64,000 nt of DNA from an uncultured bacterium (GCA_964562525.1 CAZLTL010000005.1:876-64875); one strand, 5' to 3'. Numbered from the stretch's first letter, positions 41,824 to 52,100 are shown. Numbers and translations: made by a program. The notes: generated from the letters alone by a model not told the origin.

Positions 41824-42699
41824 ATGAATACTGCTGAGATACTAAAGAAAGTTCGAAAGATTGAAATTCGCACCACCAAATTGGTCAATGACCTTTTTGG
41901 TGGAGAGTATCAGTCGGTATTTAAAGGTCAAGGGATTGAGTTCGCCGATGTCCGCGAATATGTTCCCGGAGATGATATTCGCAGCATTGATTGGAATGTT
42001 ACCGCGCGATCCGACCGCGCTTTTATCAAAAAATATATCGAAGAGCGCGAGTTGACGGTTATTTTTGCGGTAGATATGTCCGCATCTCAATACTTCGGCT
42101 CCCATTACAGACTTAAATCGGAAATCGCCGCGGAAGTCACAGCGCTTTTGTCTTTTTCGGCGGTTAAAAATCACGATAAAACCGGATTGGTTATTTTCAC
42201 CGATGAAGTTGAGAAATTTGTGCCGGTTAAAAAAGGCAAGACCCATGTTCTGCGCGTGGTACGCGAAATTCTTGGCTATAAAGCCAAGAAGTCCGGAACC
42301 CGTATTCAATCCGCTGCGGAATTCCTCAGCCGTATATTAACCCGTACTGCGGTTATTTTTATTATTTCCGATTTTATTGATCATGACTATGAACGCGGAT
42401 TAAAAATCCTTAGTCAGAGACATGACGTGATCGCGATTCAAATCAAAGATCCCATTGAGAGCCGTTTGCCTTCCGCGGGGATTGTCGAGCTATACGATAA
42501 TGAAAGCGGGCGGTCGATTTTGCTGGATAGCTCATCAAAAAAAGTTCGACATGCTTTTGAGCAGGCAGAAGCAAAGCGCTTAGATAAGCTTGACTCTCTT
42601 TTTAAAAAATTGGGGATTGATAAGATCTCCATATCCTCCGAAGAGTCTTACGTTGAGCCTTTAATTCGTTTTTTCAAAAAAAGAGAAGGTAAGAAATGA
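41824..42699 (+). CDS. DUF58-domain protein (vWA-like; MoxR partner)
   Basis: REYVPGDDIRSIDWNVTAR motif characteristic of DUF58, immediately downstream of moxR. Confidence 0.75.
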   Translation: MNTAEILKKVRKIEIRTTKLVNDLFGGEYQSVFKGQGIEFADVREYVPGDDIRSIDWNVTARSDRAFIKKYIEERELTVIFAVDMSASQYFGSHYRLKSEIAAEVTALLSFSAVKNHDKTGLVIFTDEVEKFVPVKKGKTHVLRVVREILGYKAKKSGTRIQSAAEFLSRILTRTAVIFIISDFIDHDYERGLKILSQRHDVIAIQIKDPIESRLPSAGIVELYDNESGRSILLDSSSKKVRHAFEQAEAKRLDKLDSLFKKLGIDKISISSEESYVEPLIRFFKKREGKK

Positions 42700-43676
42700 T
42701 TCGCTATTTTTCTTTTCTTTTCGTTTTTTTATGTGCGTTTTTTATGGTCGGGGAGCGATTAATCATAGCCGGACCATCCGCTGCTCAAGAAGAGTCTGCG
42801 CTTATTACGGCTTATGCGGAAGCCGAAAAGGCTGCGCTTACGATAGGTGAACCGGTTGTTGTTAAGGTCGTGGTGACGCTTGAAAGCAATCTTGAATTGA
42901 TTAATGGAATTCCTGATCCCGAAGCCCATGGGCTTAACCTTAAAGAGCATAAAACCTGGCAAGACCGTGATGGCAAGAAAATAGTTTTTGGGCGAAGCTG
43001 GACGATAACAGGCTTTCAATTGGGGCGTTTTATGGTTGAGCCCATTGAGGTGGCTTATCGGGAAAAGGGGGGAGAGGTTAAAACGGCAAAAACAAATCCT
43101 GTCTATATCACGATAGAGAGTATTGCTGCAGGGGAAAAGAAAACCGATATCCGGGATGTTAAAGGCGTGGTAACGCTTCAATCGAAAATCATGAAATATT
43201 TGCTTCCGGTCGGAATTCCTTTAAGTTTGCTATTGCTGCTGGCGCTTTATCTGATTTATTTTCGTAAGAAAGAACTTTTGCGCGCCCAAACCAGGGTCGT
43301 TTTATCGCCCGCAGAAGAAGCTTTGACTCATTTAAGAGCACTTTTTGATTCGACGCTGATACGCGACGGCAAGATTAAAAATTATTACTTTACCTTTTCT
43401 GAAATTTTGAAGATTTATCTCGAAAAACAATTTGGTATTCAGGCGATCGAGGGCACGACTTCTGAAATTGCAGCCATGCTCAAGCGGGTGCCGGCCACGG
43501 ATGAATCAAAAAAGAAATTGATTGAGGTTTTGGAAGCTGCTGATTTTGCAAAATTCGCAAAATGGGTTCCGCCTCCGGCGGATATCGTCGCGCTAAACAA
43601 GAAGGCTGAGTCTGTAGTTACCGAGCTTTTGATCAGACCGGACGCGGCGGAGGGGAATGGGCATGCAGTTTCGTGA
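42696..43676 (+). CDS. Hypothetical membrane protein of the Bat operon (N-terminal hydrophobic leader, one internal TM helix)
   Basis: Hydrophobic N-terminus (FSFLFVFLCAFFMV) and an internal TM helix (LLPVGIPLSLLLLLALYLIYF). Occupies the slot held by a membrane-anchored hypothetical protein in MoxR-DUF58-BatA operons. Confidence 0.4.
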   Translation: MIRYFSFLFVFLCAFFMVGERLIIAGPSAAQEESALITAYAEAEKAALTIGEPVVVKVVVTLESNLELINGIPDPEAHGLNLKEHKTWQDRDGKKIVFGRSWTITGFQLGRFMVEPIEVAYREKGGEVKTAKTNPVYITIESIAAGEKKTDIRDVKGVVTLQSKIMKYLLPVGIPLSLLLLLALYLIYFRKKELLRAQTRVVLSPAEEALTHLRALFDSTLIRDGKIKNYYFTFSEILKIYLEKQFGIQAIEGTTSEIAAMLKRVPATDESKKKLIEVLEAADFAKFAKWVPPPADIVALNKKAESVVTELLIRPDAAEGNGHAVS

Positions 43677-44646
43677 CCCTCTTTTCTTTTTATTGCTGCT
43701 TCTCTTGCCGATTTTATTTTATTTTTCCAGATCCAGACAAAAAGTGTGGATGCCGTTTTCCAGTATTTCTGAGCGGGGCTTGCATGGAACGGTGTCACTC
43801 AAAATTTTGCTTTACCGGCTTTTGCCTTTTTTGCGTTTGACCGTACTTGCTTTGGTGATATTTGCGCTTGCGCGGCCGGTTCAAGCTCTGTCAGAAAAAG
43901 ACTTCGAAACCCAGGGAATTGACATTGTGATGTCGCTAGATATTTCAGGCTCCATGCTGGCTGAGGATTTCAAGCCGCAGAACCGCTTGTTTGTTGCCAA
44001 GGAAGAAGCCAAAAACTTCATTAATGCCCGCCAGAATGACCGCATTGGATTGGTTATTTTTGCCAAAAAAGCCTACTCGCAATGCCCCTTAACGTTGGAT
44101 TACAAGATTTTGAATCAGCTGGTGGATGATGTGCAAATTGGGATGATCGAAGACGGCACTGCGATTGGAATGGGGCTGGCCACTGCGGTAAACCGGCTTA
44201 AAACAAGCACTGCCAAGAGCAAGGTCATCATTTTGCTGACCGATGGTGATAATAATGCCGGCAATATTGACCCTGTCACTGCCGCGGAGCTGGCGAAGAC
44301 ATTCGGAATTAAAGTGTATACGATTGGCGTTGGGAAAGGCGGGCTTGTTGATTTTCCTGTCGTGGATCCTTTGTTTGGGAAACGATATGTCCAGGTTGAA
44401 ATGGATGTGGACGAGTTTGTGCTGAAGCGAATCGCGGACATCACCGGAGGAAAGTTTTTCCGCGCTCGTGATGCGGCAGGACTTAAAGAAGTTTACTCAA
44501 AAATCGATCAGCTTGAACGTACAGAGATCAAAGTGCATCTCTATCAAAGCTATCAAGAGCTTTTTAAATATATTCTGATTCCCGCTGTCTTGCTTTTGTT
44601 CATTGAATTGGCTTTATCTAGAACTGTTTTACTTAAAATCCCATGA
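43657..44646 (+). CDS. batA: von Willebrand factor A-domain membrane protein, BatA-like
   Basis: N- and C-terminal TM helices flanking a vWA domain with the MIDAS motif (DIVMSLDISGSM...LTDGDNN). Confidence 0.7.
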   Translation: MGMQFRDPLFFLLLLLLPILFYFSRSRQKVWMPFSSISERGLHGTVSLKILLYRLLPFLRLTVLALVIFALARPVQALSEKDFETQGIDIVMSLDISGSMLAEDFKPQNRLFVAKEEAKNFINARQNDRIGLVIFAKKAYSQCPLTLDYKILNQLVDDVQIGMIEDGTAIGMGLATAVNRLKTSTAKSKVIILLTDGDNNAGNIDPVTAAELAKTFGIKVYTIGVGKGGLVDFPVVDPLFGKRYVQVEMDVDEFVLKRIADITGGKFFRARDAAGLKEVYSKIDQLERTEIKVHLYQSYQELFKYILIPAVLLLFIELALSRTVLLKIP

Positions 44647-44712
44647 CAACACACGATCAACACCAAAATAATAAATGGCGGTTGGGCATAGCCCAGAGCC
44701 GCAAATAATACT

Positions 44713-47031
44713 GTGCAATTTTATTCACCTTATTTTCTTAATCTGCTTTGGCTGGTTCCAATCTTGATTGTGTGTTTTTTTGCGTCTGCGTTTTTAAATG
44801 CAAATCGACTCAAGTCATTTTTGAAGACGCGTGAAATTCAAGACAAGCTTTTGCCGCATTACAATCGGCTTGAATGGCCGATTCGTGGCGCTTTTTTACT
44901 GGCCGCCTTTTTGTTGATCGTGCTCGCTTTGTCGCAGCCGCAATGGGGCGAAGAAAAGAAAAAAGTCGAACGCAAAGGCGTTGACCTTATTTTTCTTTTG
45001 GATGTTTCGCTGAGTATGCTTGCGGAGGATGTGAAACCAAGCCGGGTTCTTAAAGCTAAATTTGAGATTGAGGCTTTTGTGAAAGCATTGAAGGGGCATC
45101 GGATTGGTATGCTCACATTTGCCGGATCAAGTTTCATGCAGACACCTTTAACTTTAGATTACTCGGCGTTTCTCATCTTTTTAAGCGGTGTCGATGTGGG
45201 GCACGTCCCTGATCCGGGTACGTCCTTGGGCGCGGCTATTGAAAAAGCCATTGCAGCCTTTACCGATGAAAAGGGTAAGCAAAAAGCTTTGGTTGTATTC
45301 TCTGACGGTGAGGATCATGCCGCCCAAATTGATTCTGCGGTTGCCCTCGCAAAGCAGCAAAACGTCCGTATTTATACAATAGGAACCGCGACGGGGGAGG
45401 GGGCTCCTATCCCTCTTAAAAACGAAAGAGGGGTTCAAACCGCGGTCAAAAAAGACCGGGTGGGGAATATCGTGATTACTAAGCTGGATAAAGCAGTTTT
45501 ATCCAAAATTGCCACCGAGACAGGCGGGCTTTATTTTCCGGCGACCCCGAGTGAAAAAGAAGTCGATTTGATTTTGAAACACTTATCCAGCCTGGGTGAA
45601 AAAAAGCTGGAAGACCGGGTTGTGACGGAAAAAGAAGATCATTATCAGATCTTTTTGTTTATCGCTTTGATATTGCTCATGCTTGAAATGGTTGTGAAGC
45701 GTGGACGCGCGATACGGCTGAATATTCTGCCTTTCTTTTTTTTAGTTTTTATTTTGAACTCCGGATTTTTGCCCACGGCTCAAAATAAAGTTGAAGAAGG
45801 TAATAAAGATTTTGAAGGTAAACGGTATCAATCCGCTATTGATAAATACCGCGAAGTTCAGGTGAAAAATCCGGATGACCCGTCAGTTTCGTATAACTTA
45901 GCCACGTCGTTGTACAAGGTTGATCAATATCAAGAGTCCGCCGCACATTTAAAGAAATCCATGGAAAAGTCACAGGCTGAAAACAATGCTCTTCGCGCCA
46001 AGATTGCCTATAACTACGGCAATTCGCTTTTTCGCTTGGGAGATTATGACGGTGCGGTTGAAGCTTACAAGAAGGCACTTGAACTTAATCCTCAAGATCA
46101 AGACTCAAAATACAACTTAGAGTATATTCAGGATCAAAAAAGCAAATTTGAAAAAGAAAATCAGGACCGCAAAAAAGATAATCAAGATAAGAAGAACGAT
46201 CAAAACAAGCAGCAAAACAATAAAAATCAACAGCAGAACCAACAGCAAAATCAGCAAAACCAAGGTGGCGGGGGCAGCTCGAAGGATAATCAGAATCAAC
46301 AAGGGCAAAATAATCAGCAAAATCAAAGCGGTTCGGGCCAGCAAGATCAAAAACAGAATCAGGGCGGACAGGGCGAGAACAAGCAAAACACCGGGCAAAA
46401 TCAAGGGCAAGATCAAAAAGATCAGGGGCAAGGCCAAAATCAGAAAGATCAGCAAAGTCAGGGCGATCAGTCCGATCAAAACAAAGAGCAAAATCAGAGC
46501 TCAGGCGGCCAAGGCGAAAAGAAAGACGATGAGCAGAATCAAGGTGGTCAAGGTCAAGATCAAAAAGACCAAGGCGGTGGGCAGCAGGGTCAAGATCAAA
46601 ATCAAGGCGGTCAAGGGCAACAGGATCAGAAAGAACAGCAAGGACAAGGTCAGCAAGACAAGCAGCAGGGCCAAGGTGGGCAAAGTCAGCAAGAAAAAGA
46701 ACAGAATCAACAGGGCGGAAAGGGCCAAGAAAAAAACGATCAAGGGCAAAAGCCTGAGTCTAAGCCAGGCGAGCAGCCGGGCGGCGGACAGAAGCCTCAG
46801 GATCAGCCCTCCGGCGGCGGGGCTTCCGGTGGACAAGCTGGGGGTGGCGCTGGTGAGGAGCAACAGCAACAGGCTGGTGGTGCCGGCGGCAAGCCTCTTC
46901 AGGGGCAAATGAGTAAAGAGAATGCGGAATATCTGCTTGCTTCGCTAGAGGAAGGCGAAAAGAAGTTTCAAGTGATGCGGAAGCCGGCTGAAAATCAGTC
47001 TGAAGACCCTTATGTGGAAAAAGATTGGTAA
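44713..47031 (+). CDS. batB: BatB-like vWA membrane protein fused to a BatC-like TPR domain, with a ~250-aa Gln/Asn/Gly/Asp/Lys-rich low-complexity region
   Basis: N-terminal TM helix, vWA MIDAS motif (DLIFLLDVSLSM...FSDGEDH), two TM helices, TPR repeats (NYGNSLFRLGDYDGAVEAYKKALELNPQD), then a QNQGGQGQDQKDQ-type repetitive tail up to ~residue 735. Confidence 0.7.
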   Translation: MQFYSPYFLNLLWLVPILIVCFFASAFLNANRLKSFLKTREIQDKLLPHYNRLEWPIRGAFLLAAFLLIVLALSQPQWGEEKKKVERKGVDLIFLLDVSLSMLAEDVKPSRVLKAKFEIEAFVKALKGHRIGMLTFAGSSFMQTPLTLDYSAFLIFLSGVDVGHVPDPGTSLGAAIEKAIAAFTDEKGKQKALVVFSDGEDHAAQIDSAVALAKQQNVRIYTIGTATGEGAPIPLKNERGVQTAVKKDRVGNIVITKLDKAVLSKIATETGGLYFPATPSEKEVDLILKHLSSLGEKKLEDRVVTEKEDHYQIFLFIALILLMLEMVVKRGRAIRLNILPFFFLVFILNSGFLPTAQNKVEEGNKDFEGKRYQSAIDKYREVQVKNPDDPSVSYNLATSLYKVDQYQESAAHLKKSMEKSQAENNALRAKIAYNYGNSLFRLGDYDGAVEAYKKALELNPQDQDSKYNLEYIQDQKSKFEKENQDRKKDNQDKKNDQNKQQNNKNQQQNQQQNQQNQGGGGSSKDNQNQQGQNNQQNQSGSGQQDQKQNQGGQGENKQNTGQNQGQDQKDQGQGQNQKDQQSQGDQSDQNKEQNQSSGGQGEKKDDEQNQGGQGQDQKDQGGGQQGQDQNQGGQGQQDQKEQQGQGQQDKQQGQGGQSQQEKEQNQQGGKGQEKNDQGQKPESKPGEQPGGGQKPQDQPSGGGASGGQAGGGAGEEQQQQAGGAGGKPLQGQMSKENAEYLLASLEEGEKKFQVMRKPAENQSEDPYVEKDW
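46140..46905 (+). repeat. Coding low-complexity CAA/CAG/GGC/GAT/AAA-rich repeat tract (Gln/Asn/Gly-rich tail of batB)
   Basis: Highly repetitive DNA visible in the sequence. It generates spurious long ORFs in other frames on both strands. Confidence 0.7.
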
Positions 47032-47094
47032 TCGTTATTTTTTCAGCGTCGAAAATGAACCAAAAAAATAATTTTAAATAAAGGAGCGATTTTT

Positions 47095-47541
47095 ATGGGA
47101 AAACTCATGCAGTCATTCAATGAAGAAATCAAAAATGCTATGCGTGCCAAAGATGAAGTCAAGTTGGGTGTTTTGCGTATGGTTAAAACCGCGATGAACA
47201 ATGCTGCGATCGCCAAATCTAAGGATCAGCTGGATGATGCTGAAGAATTAGATGTGGTTCAAAAGCAAGCCAAGCAACGCCGTGAAAGTATCGATAGCTT
47301 CGAAAAAGGCGGACGTGCTGAGCTTGCCGCCAAGGAAAAGGCCGAGTTGGCTGTTTTGGAGGCCTATTTGCCGAAGCAAATGTCAGATGATGAAATTAAA
47401 GCGGTGTGTCAGTCCGTTATCGCTAAGGTTGGCGCAAAGAGTGCTGCGGATACGGGGGCGATCATGAAAGAACTGATGCCATTGGTCAAAGGCAAAGCTG
47501 ATGGTGGCCGTGTTCAAACCATCCTTAAAAGCCTGTTTTGA
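47095..47541 (+). CDS. GatB/YqeY-domain protein
   Basis: ~148-aa helical protein whose N-terminus (FNEEIKNAMRAKDEVKLGVLRMVKTA) resembles the YqeY family. Confidence 0.6.
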   Translation: MGKLMQSFNEEIKNAMRAKDEVKLGVLRMVKTAMNNAAIAKSKDQLDDAEELDVVQKQAKQRRESIDSFEKGGRAELAAKEKAELAVLEAYLPKQMSDDEIKAVCQSVIAKVGAKSAADTGAIMKELMPLVKGKADGGRVQTILKSLF

Positions 47542-47731
47542 TATGTTGTTTTTATTGGCGCTTTCTACTTGTGGCTCTATGGCAATTTGTTAACATAAGA
47601 TACATTATAGGACTCAATTAAAGCATAGGGAGGGTTCTTATCTTTACACAAAACCAAAATATTCAGGTCCTGGCTTTGATCCCGTCAAGACATCTAATCA
47701 GCTCTTCCTTACCCCAATAAGGATTTCAACG

Positions 47732-49090
47732 ATGTCACCACAAACATCTCATCCAGAGCCGAGGAATCATGTTGTTGTGGGCATTGTTATTTGTATTCTA
47801 ATATTTTCAGCTGGGCTATTGCCCATCGACTCGGTTCGACCTCTGCAGTTATTGGGTTGGCCCGTCTGGATTTTTTTGGTAACGCGTTTAAGCCTGAAAT
47901 CGGGTTTAACAGCATCCCTTTTGATTAATCTCACGCTTAGTTTATTCGGCTCGTTTTGGATTGAATATTTCGGCTCTGGGTTTCTTATCAAGGCTGTGTT
48001 GTTATCGTTTTGGGTTTTACCGACATTAACTTTGATTTTTCACGGTATTCGAAAAATAACAATGCTTGGAAACGCTTTCGCTTTGGTTTTAGCTTCTGTT
48101 TTTCCCGTGGCATTCATTTCGCAATCACCCCTTTACCAGGGATTTTTTAATTTTCCGCTTGTTGCTGAGCAAATTCTTTTCTTGTTTCATGGTTCGTTAG
48201 GCCTTTTTATTTTAGGAGTCGCTTGGATTGGTTTATGTGCCGGAGCCTTGGAATTGCTCAAGACTAAATCTAAAACAGCTCTGATTATTACTGCCGTTAA
48301 CAGTTTAGTTTTGATACTCGCTTTTGGTTTTGGCGCATTTCGGACAATGGAAGAAACGTCAAATACTTCAATTGATCCAAACACAGTAAAAAAAGTGGCA
48401 TTAGTTCAACACAACGTCCCGTTCTTTTCTGATTCACGCGACTTGCAAGCTGTTTTGGAATCTTATGCTATTAAATCAATAGAGAGCGTAAAACGCGATC
48501 TGATTGTTTTTCCTCTGTATGACTTACCTGAAAACTTGCAGCGCGACCTTATTGATCCGGATAGCGGATTCTTTCGTGATCTTGCCTTGAAAACAAATTC
48601 GGGTATTTTAGTTGCTACTAAGCTGTCAGGATTGGTTGCTTTTGGTAAATTTTCGAATAATTTTGTCATTGCCGCAGCGCTTCGTTCCGGCGCAGGTTCG
48701 CTGGATGGTGTGCATCGCTCTTCTGCGCGTTCGCCGTTTCATGATCCCAGACAAGTTTTAGAGAAATATGATGTGATTAAGTCGAACGAATTTGGAACTT
48801 TTGGTGCTTTGATTTCGTATGAATTAGAAACACCGGATCGCGCCCAAACTGCGAAAAGGCTCGGCGCTAAGTTTCTGGTGGGTTTATCAAACCCCGGCGA
48901 CGCACCCTATTCCCCTTTACCTGCTTATCAGCTTAAAGAAATCCAGAGGCGTGCCATTGAAACCAATCTGCCAATTTTATCGGTAACCCCGAACGGATAT
49001 TCGGCGCACATCGATTCGCGGGGACGGGTTGTTAAGAAATCGCAGCTGGGACAATCCGAAATCTTATTAGCAGACTTGGTCGTAATTTAA
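47732..49090 (+). CDS. lnt: Apolipoprotein N-acyltransferase-like protein (Lnt architecture: polytopic N-terminal membrane domain + C-terminal CN-hydrolase-like domain), with apparent substitutions at catalytic positions
   Basis: ~6 TM helices, then the Lnt-hallmark VALVQHNV (compare VALVQGNI). At positions aligned by eye to the E. coli Lnt triad: IVFPL (Glu to Leu) and ALISYE (Cys to Ser). Confidence 0.55.
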   Translation: MSPQTSHPEPRNHVVVGIVICILIFSAGLLPIDSVRPLQLLGWPVWIFLVTRLSLKSGLTASLLINLTLSLFGSFWIEYFGSGFLIKAVLLSFWVLPTLTLIFHGIRKITMLGNAFALVLASVFPVAFISQSPLYQGFFNFPLVAEQILFLFHGSLGLFILGVAWIGLCAGALELLKTKSKTALIITAVNSLVLILAFGFGAFRTMEETSNTSIDPNTVKKVALVQHNVPFFSDSRDLQAVLESYAIKSIESVKRDLIVFPLYDLPENLQRDLIDPDSGFFRDLALKTNSGILVATKLSGLVAFGKFSNNFVIAAALRSGAGSLDGVHRSSARSPFHDPRQVLEKYDVIKSNEFGTFGALISYELETPDRAQTAKRLGAKFLVGLSNPGDAPYSPLPAYQLKEIQRRAIETNLPILSVTPNGYSAHIDSRGRVVKKSQLGQSEILLADLVVI

Positions 49091-49154
49091 TTTTCTGTGG
49101 AATAATGACGGCGAGCTGGTCGCAGCCCTTAACCTCAAGCAACAAACCTAACCT

Positions 49155-52100
49155 TTACGCTGAGGCTTCAACCTTCTTGCGGGATGCAAGCTCAATGAGC
49201 AGTGATTTGAGAGCTTCGTTGTTCCAGTATTTGTTCATGTCGCGAATGCCGTTGCTCAATCGGGTATCCACACCAGGCGCGAATTGCAGATCAAATTGTT
49301 TTGCTCCGAACTCAATCGCTAACTTACCTGTCGAAATCGCTTTTGCTATGAGCTCCTGATCCAGTGTATTTTCACCGTCATAAGCAAACGTCATCAATTC
49401 ATGATCTGCAGGATTATTTGCAGCCAAGGTCTGATTCAACTCTGCCAACTTAGCGAGCATACGGTCATTGGTTGCCAGCTCTCTTGGCATCAAGATTGTG
49501 CTGCTGCTGATACCGATTCGAAGAATCTTCTTCGCGAGCACCTGAGCGTCGATTGCTTCGATGTTCGCAGCTGAAATGACGTCCACGTCGTTGATCTTCA
49601 AATTTCCGGTAGGATCAAGCAACATCACATTGGTTGTGCTGCGACCAATTTTAGATTTAAACGGACTTTGAACTCCGGCAACACCCTTCATGATTTGCTC
49701 AACAGCAAGTCGTGCTTTAGCATCAAGCGAAGCGTTTTTCAACGCTTCAAGGTATTCATTCATCAGCAGTACTTCTGCGGTGAATGAAGCGGCCATCGCA
49801 GATCGCTGCATACCCTTGACTGTTTCAAGATAAGCTTCAATTTCGCGAAGCATATCGATGTTAGAACCATAAAGCCCTGCGAAAGGAAGCAATTCGGAGT
49901 TAGCAGCAATAAGTTCGTCTGCTGTTTTCCCTTCCTGCGCGGCGTGAACCGCTTCGTGACTAACAATCGCAATTGCCATCCGCTCAACCATAACCGCGTA
50001 AGCTTGATCATCGAGCCCAACAAACTTATCAGGATTGAGAACAATCTTGCCTGCTATATCTTCGTTGGGCTCTTTTATGTCTGCATAAAGACCGAGCGCA
50101 TTGTTAGCAAAATAATCTCTCACCTGCTCTGGCGTTGCAAGCTCAATCGGCGGCAATGTCATATTTTTTAAGGAATCTGATTCTGGCGCTAACTGAGAAA
50201 TCTTTTTATCTGCAAGATTTACTATATCCGATAGAACTGAGTCTCTTAATTCAGATCGATTAGCGCTCACGGGTTGTTTTTCTGAATCCACAGCATCTAA
50301 CCCCATATTTACAGGCATTGTTGTTTCTGTAACAAACGCAGAACCCTTATCAGTACCCCAATTTTGAATTAAATCATGCACTCCAAATACCCAGCTGCGC
50401 ATATACATTGCCGCAGCCTTTTGGATATTGTCGGATTTTGTTACCTTAAACAGTTCAGCAGCTTCGCTTTCGGTTAAAATCTTTTCTCCGCGCTGCTTGA
50501 TCTCAGGCTGATTATTTTCCGCGAGTTTTGCATTCACTATAGACTCAGCTAGTTCTTTGTCACCGCGGCTAGCGGCATCAAGCCACTGAAAAAACCAGCG
50601 TGACATGTCAATCTGACCAAAATAATCAGATTGTTCTCCAAAAATAGCGCGATAAAGCTTGAATGCTTCTTGATAGTCGCCTTTTTCAAGCATGGCATCA
50701 GCTTGAGTGAAATTACTTCTATACTTCAAAATTGGGCTGTCACCTGCACTCACAATCTTACGGTAACTTGCCATTTTCTTAAGATAGAGCTCGTCCATCA
50801 TCGCGCCCGCTGCGGTAAGGCCTTCGTAAGCTTGATTTGCTTCACCTTCAGGCAGTGCGCGCAAATAAACTGTGGCAAAGTACTCAGCAAGAAAATCGCG
50901 TGCGATTTGCCCCTGGCTATCGGAACCTTGTTTGTGAATCCAAAGCATCATTTGAGCTTTCATACGCGTTTCATCCGCTGTCTTGGGATCAGCAACGATT
51001 GAAGTTAATTTTTTCTGAAGCGCGGATTCATCTTTAAGTAAAGTCTGAACTCCAAGCTGCTCTGCCAAATACTTCTCAGAAGCCCATTGGTCGAGCAAAT
51101 ATTCCATGGTTTCATGCAGCATAAAGGCACGAATCACACCATCGATTTGAGACTCTGAAGCCCCCATGGAGCGCATCAAATTCAGCTTCTTCAAGAGTTC
51201 TGCGCTGAAAAACATAATTTTTCCAGAAACATGAGCTGCTGCATCAGGATCAGAATCAACCGCTTTTTGAATATCGCGCAATACAAGCGCTGCATTAGTG
51301 ATAAAGGTCTTTGCCATAGGCTGTTCTTCGGCAGAAAAATTATTCCACTGCATTGACTCGAGTGATGCGGTTACTCTTTCTGCGGTTTTTTCGATCCAGG
51401 TTAGATCGACACCTAATCCATAAACGCGACGGAATTCTGAAAGAACATTCGTATGCACCATTTCTTCGGATTGATTAGCTAGGTCAAGCAGAGCTACCGT
51501 TCCTTCCAGATTTTGACGGAGGTCTTGTTCTAAAGCATTCTGTGAGCGCGCACTTAAAACTGCATTTGCAAAGTCATTACGGAAGGTTCCTTCTGCAAAC
51601 ATTGTAGTAATCAATCCGCCAGCATCTAATCCATGAACCTCAGCTAACATCTGAATACTTTCAGGCGTTAACCATTCGTATCGAGCAGCAATGGCCGCAA
51701 AAGCATCTTGAGTAATATTTGCGCGCAGCTCCATGTCTGCAGCAAATACCTGCTTAAGTTCTGCGATCGAAATATTAGTATTAAGCAAGGCTGATAAAGC
51801 TGAGTAATGCTGCGTGTTGATTTCGGAGTCCACCATTCGAAGAGCGTCTTCAACGGTTAAGCCCGCCTGTTTGGCATTCGCCAATACCCATGCCAGACTT
51901 TGTGAAGAACCTAGACCCTGCGTCTCAAAGCTAGCTATGGCTTTGAGATAAACATATTGCTTAAACATCGAGGTTTCAACACCTCCCAAAGCTTGTGCCA
52001 CAAGTGAATCAAAGATTGCACCGTCATTTATTTTTTCACCGGCCTGGCTAAGTAAAATTAACATCAATTGGGCTGATTTTCCGATGACTTCGGCATACGA

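Noticed and set aside
46140-46905. Repetitive DNA checked as a possible CRISPR array or tandem-repeat mobile element.
   Set aside because: There is no regular repeat-spacer periodicity. It is an in-frame coding low-complexity region of batB.
46117-46912. Three long ORFs (46117..46491 -, 46148..46912 +, 46501..46908 -) with Leu/Ile-rich or Lys/Arg-rich translations.
   Set aside because: They lie entirely within the CAA/CAG/GGC repeat tract of batB. They are alternative-frame or antisense readings of low-complexity DNA, with no start context or homology.
47606-47672. Possible long-range stem (AGGAC...GTCCT) in the 190-bp yqeY-lnt intergenic region, considered as a riboswitch or sRNA.
   Set aside because: It has only 5 complementary bp, a 53-nt loop, and no recognisable riboswitch consensus.
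49091-49154. Looked for a bidirectional terminator between the convergent lnt-like gene and the giant gene.
   Set aside because: No convincing GC-rich hairpin or T-tract was found in the 64-bp gap. Only a 4-bp GCTG/CAGC stem is present.
49105-49359. 84-aa plus-strand ORF at the 3' end of the giant gene.
   Set aside because: It overlaps the giant gene's C-terminal coding region in antisense, with no supporting signal.
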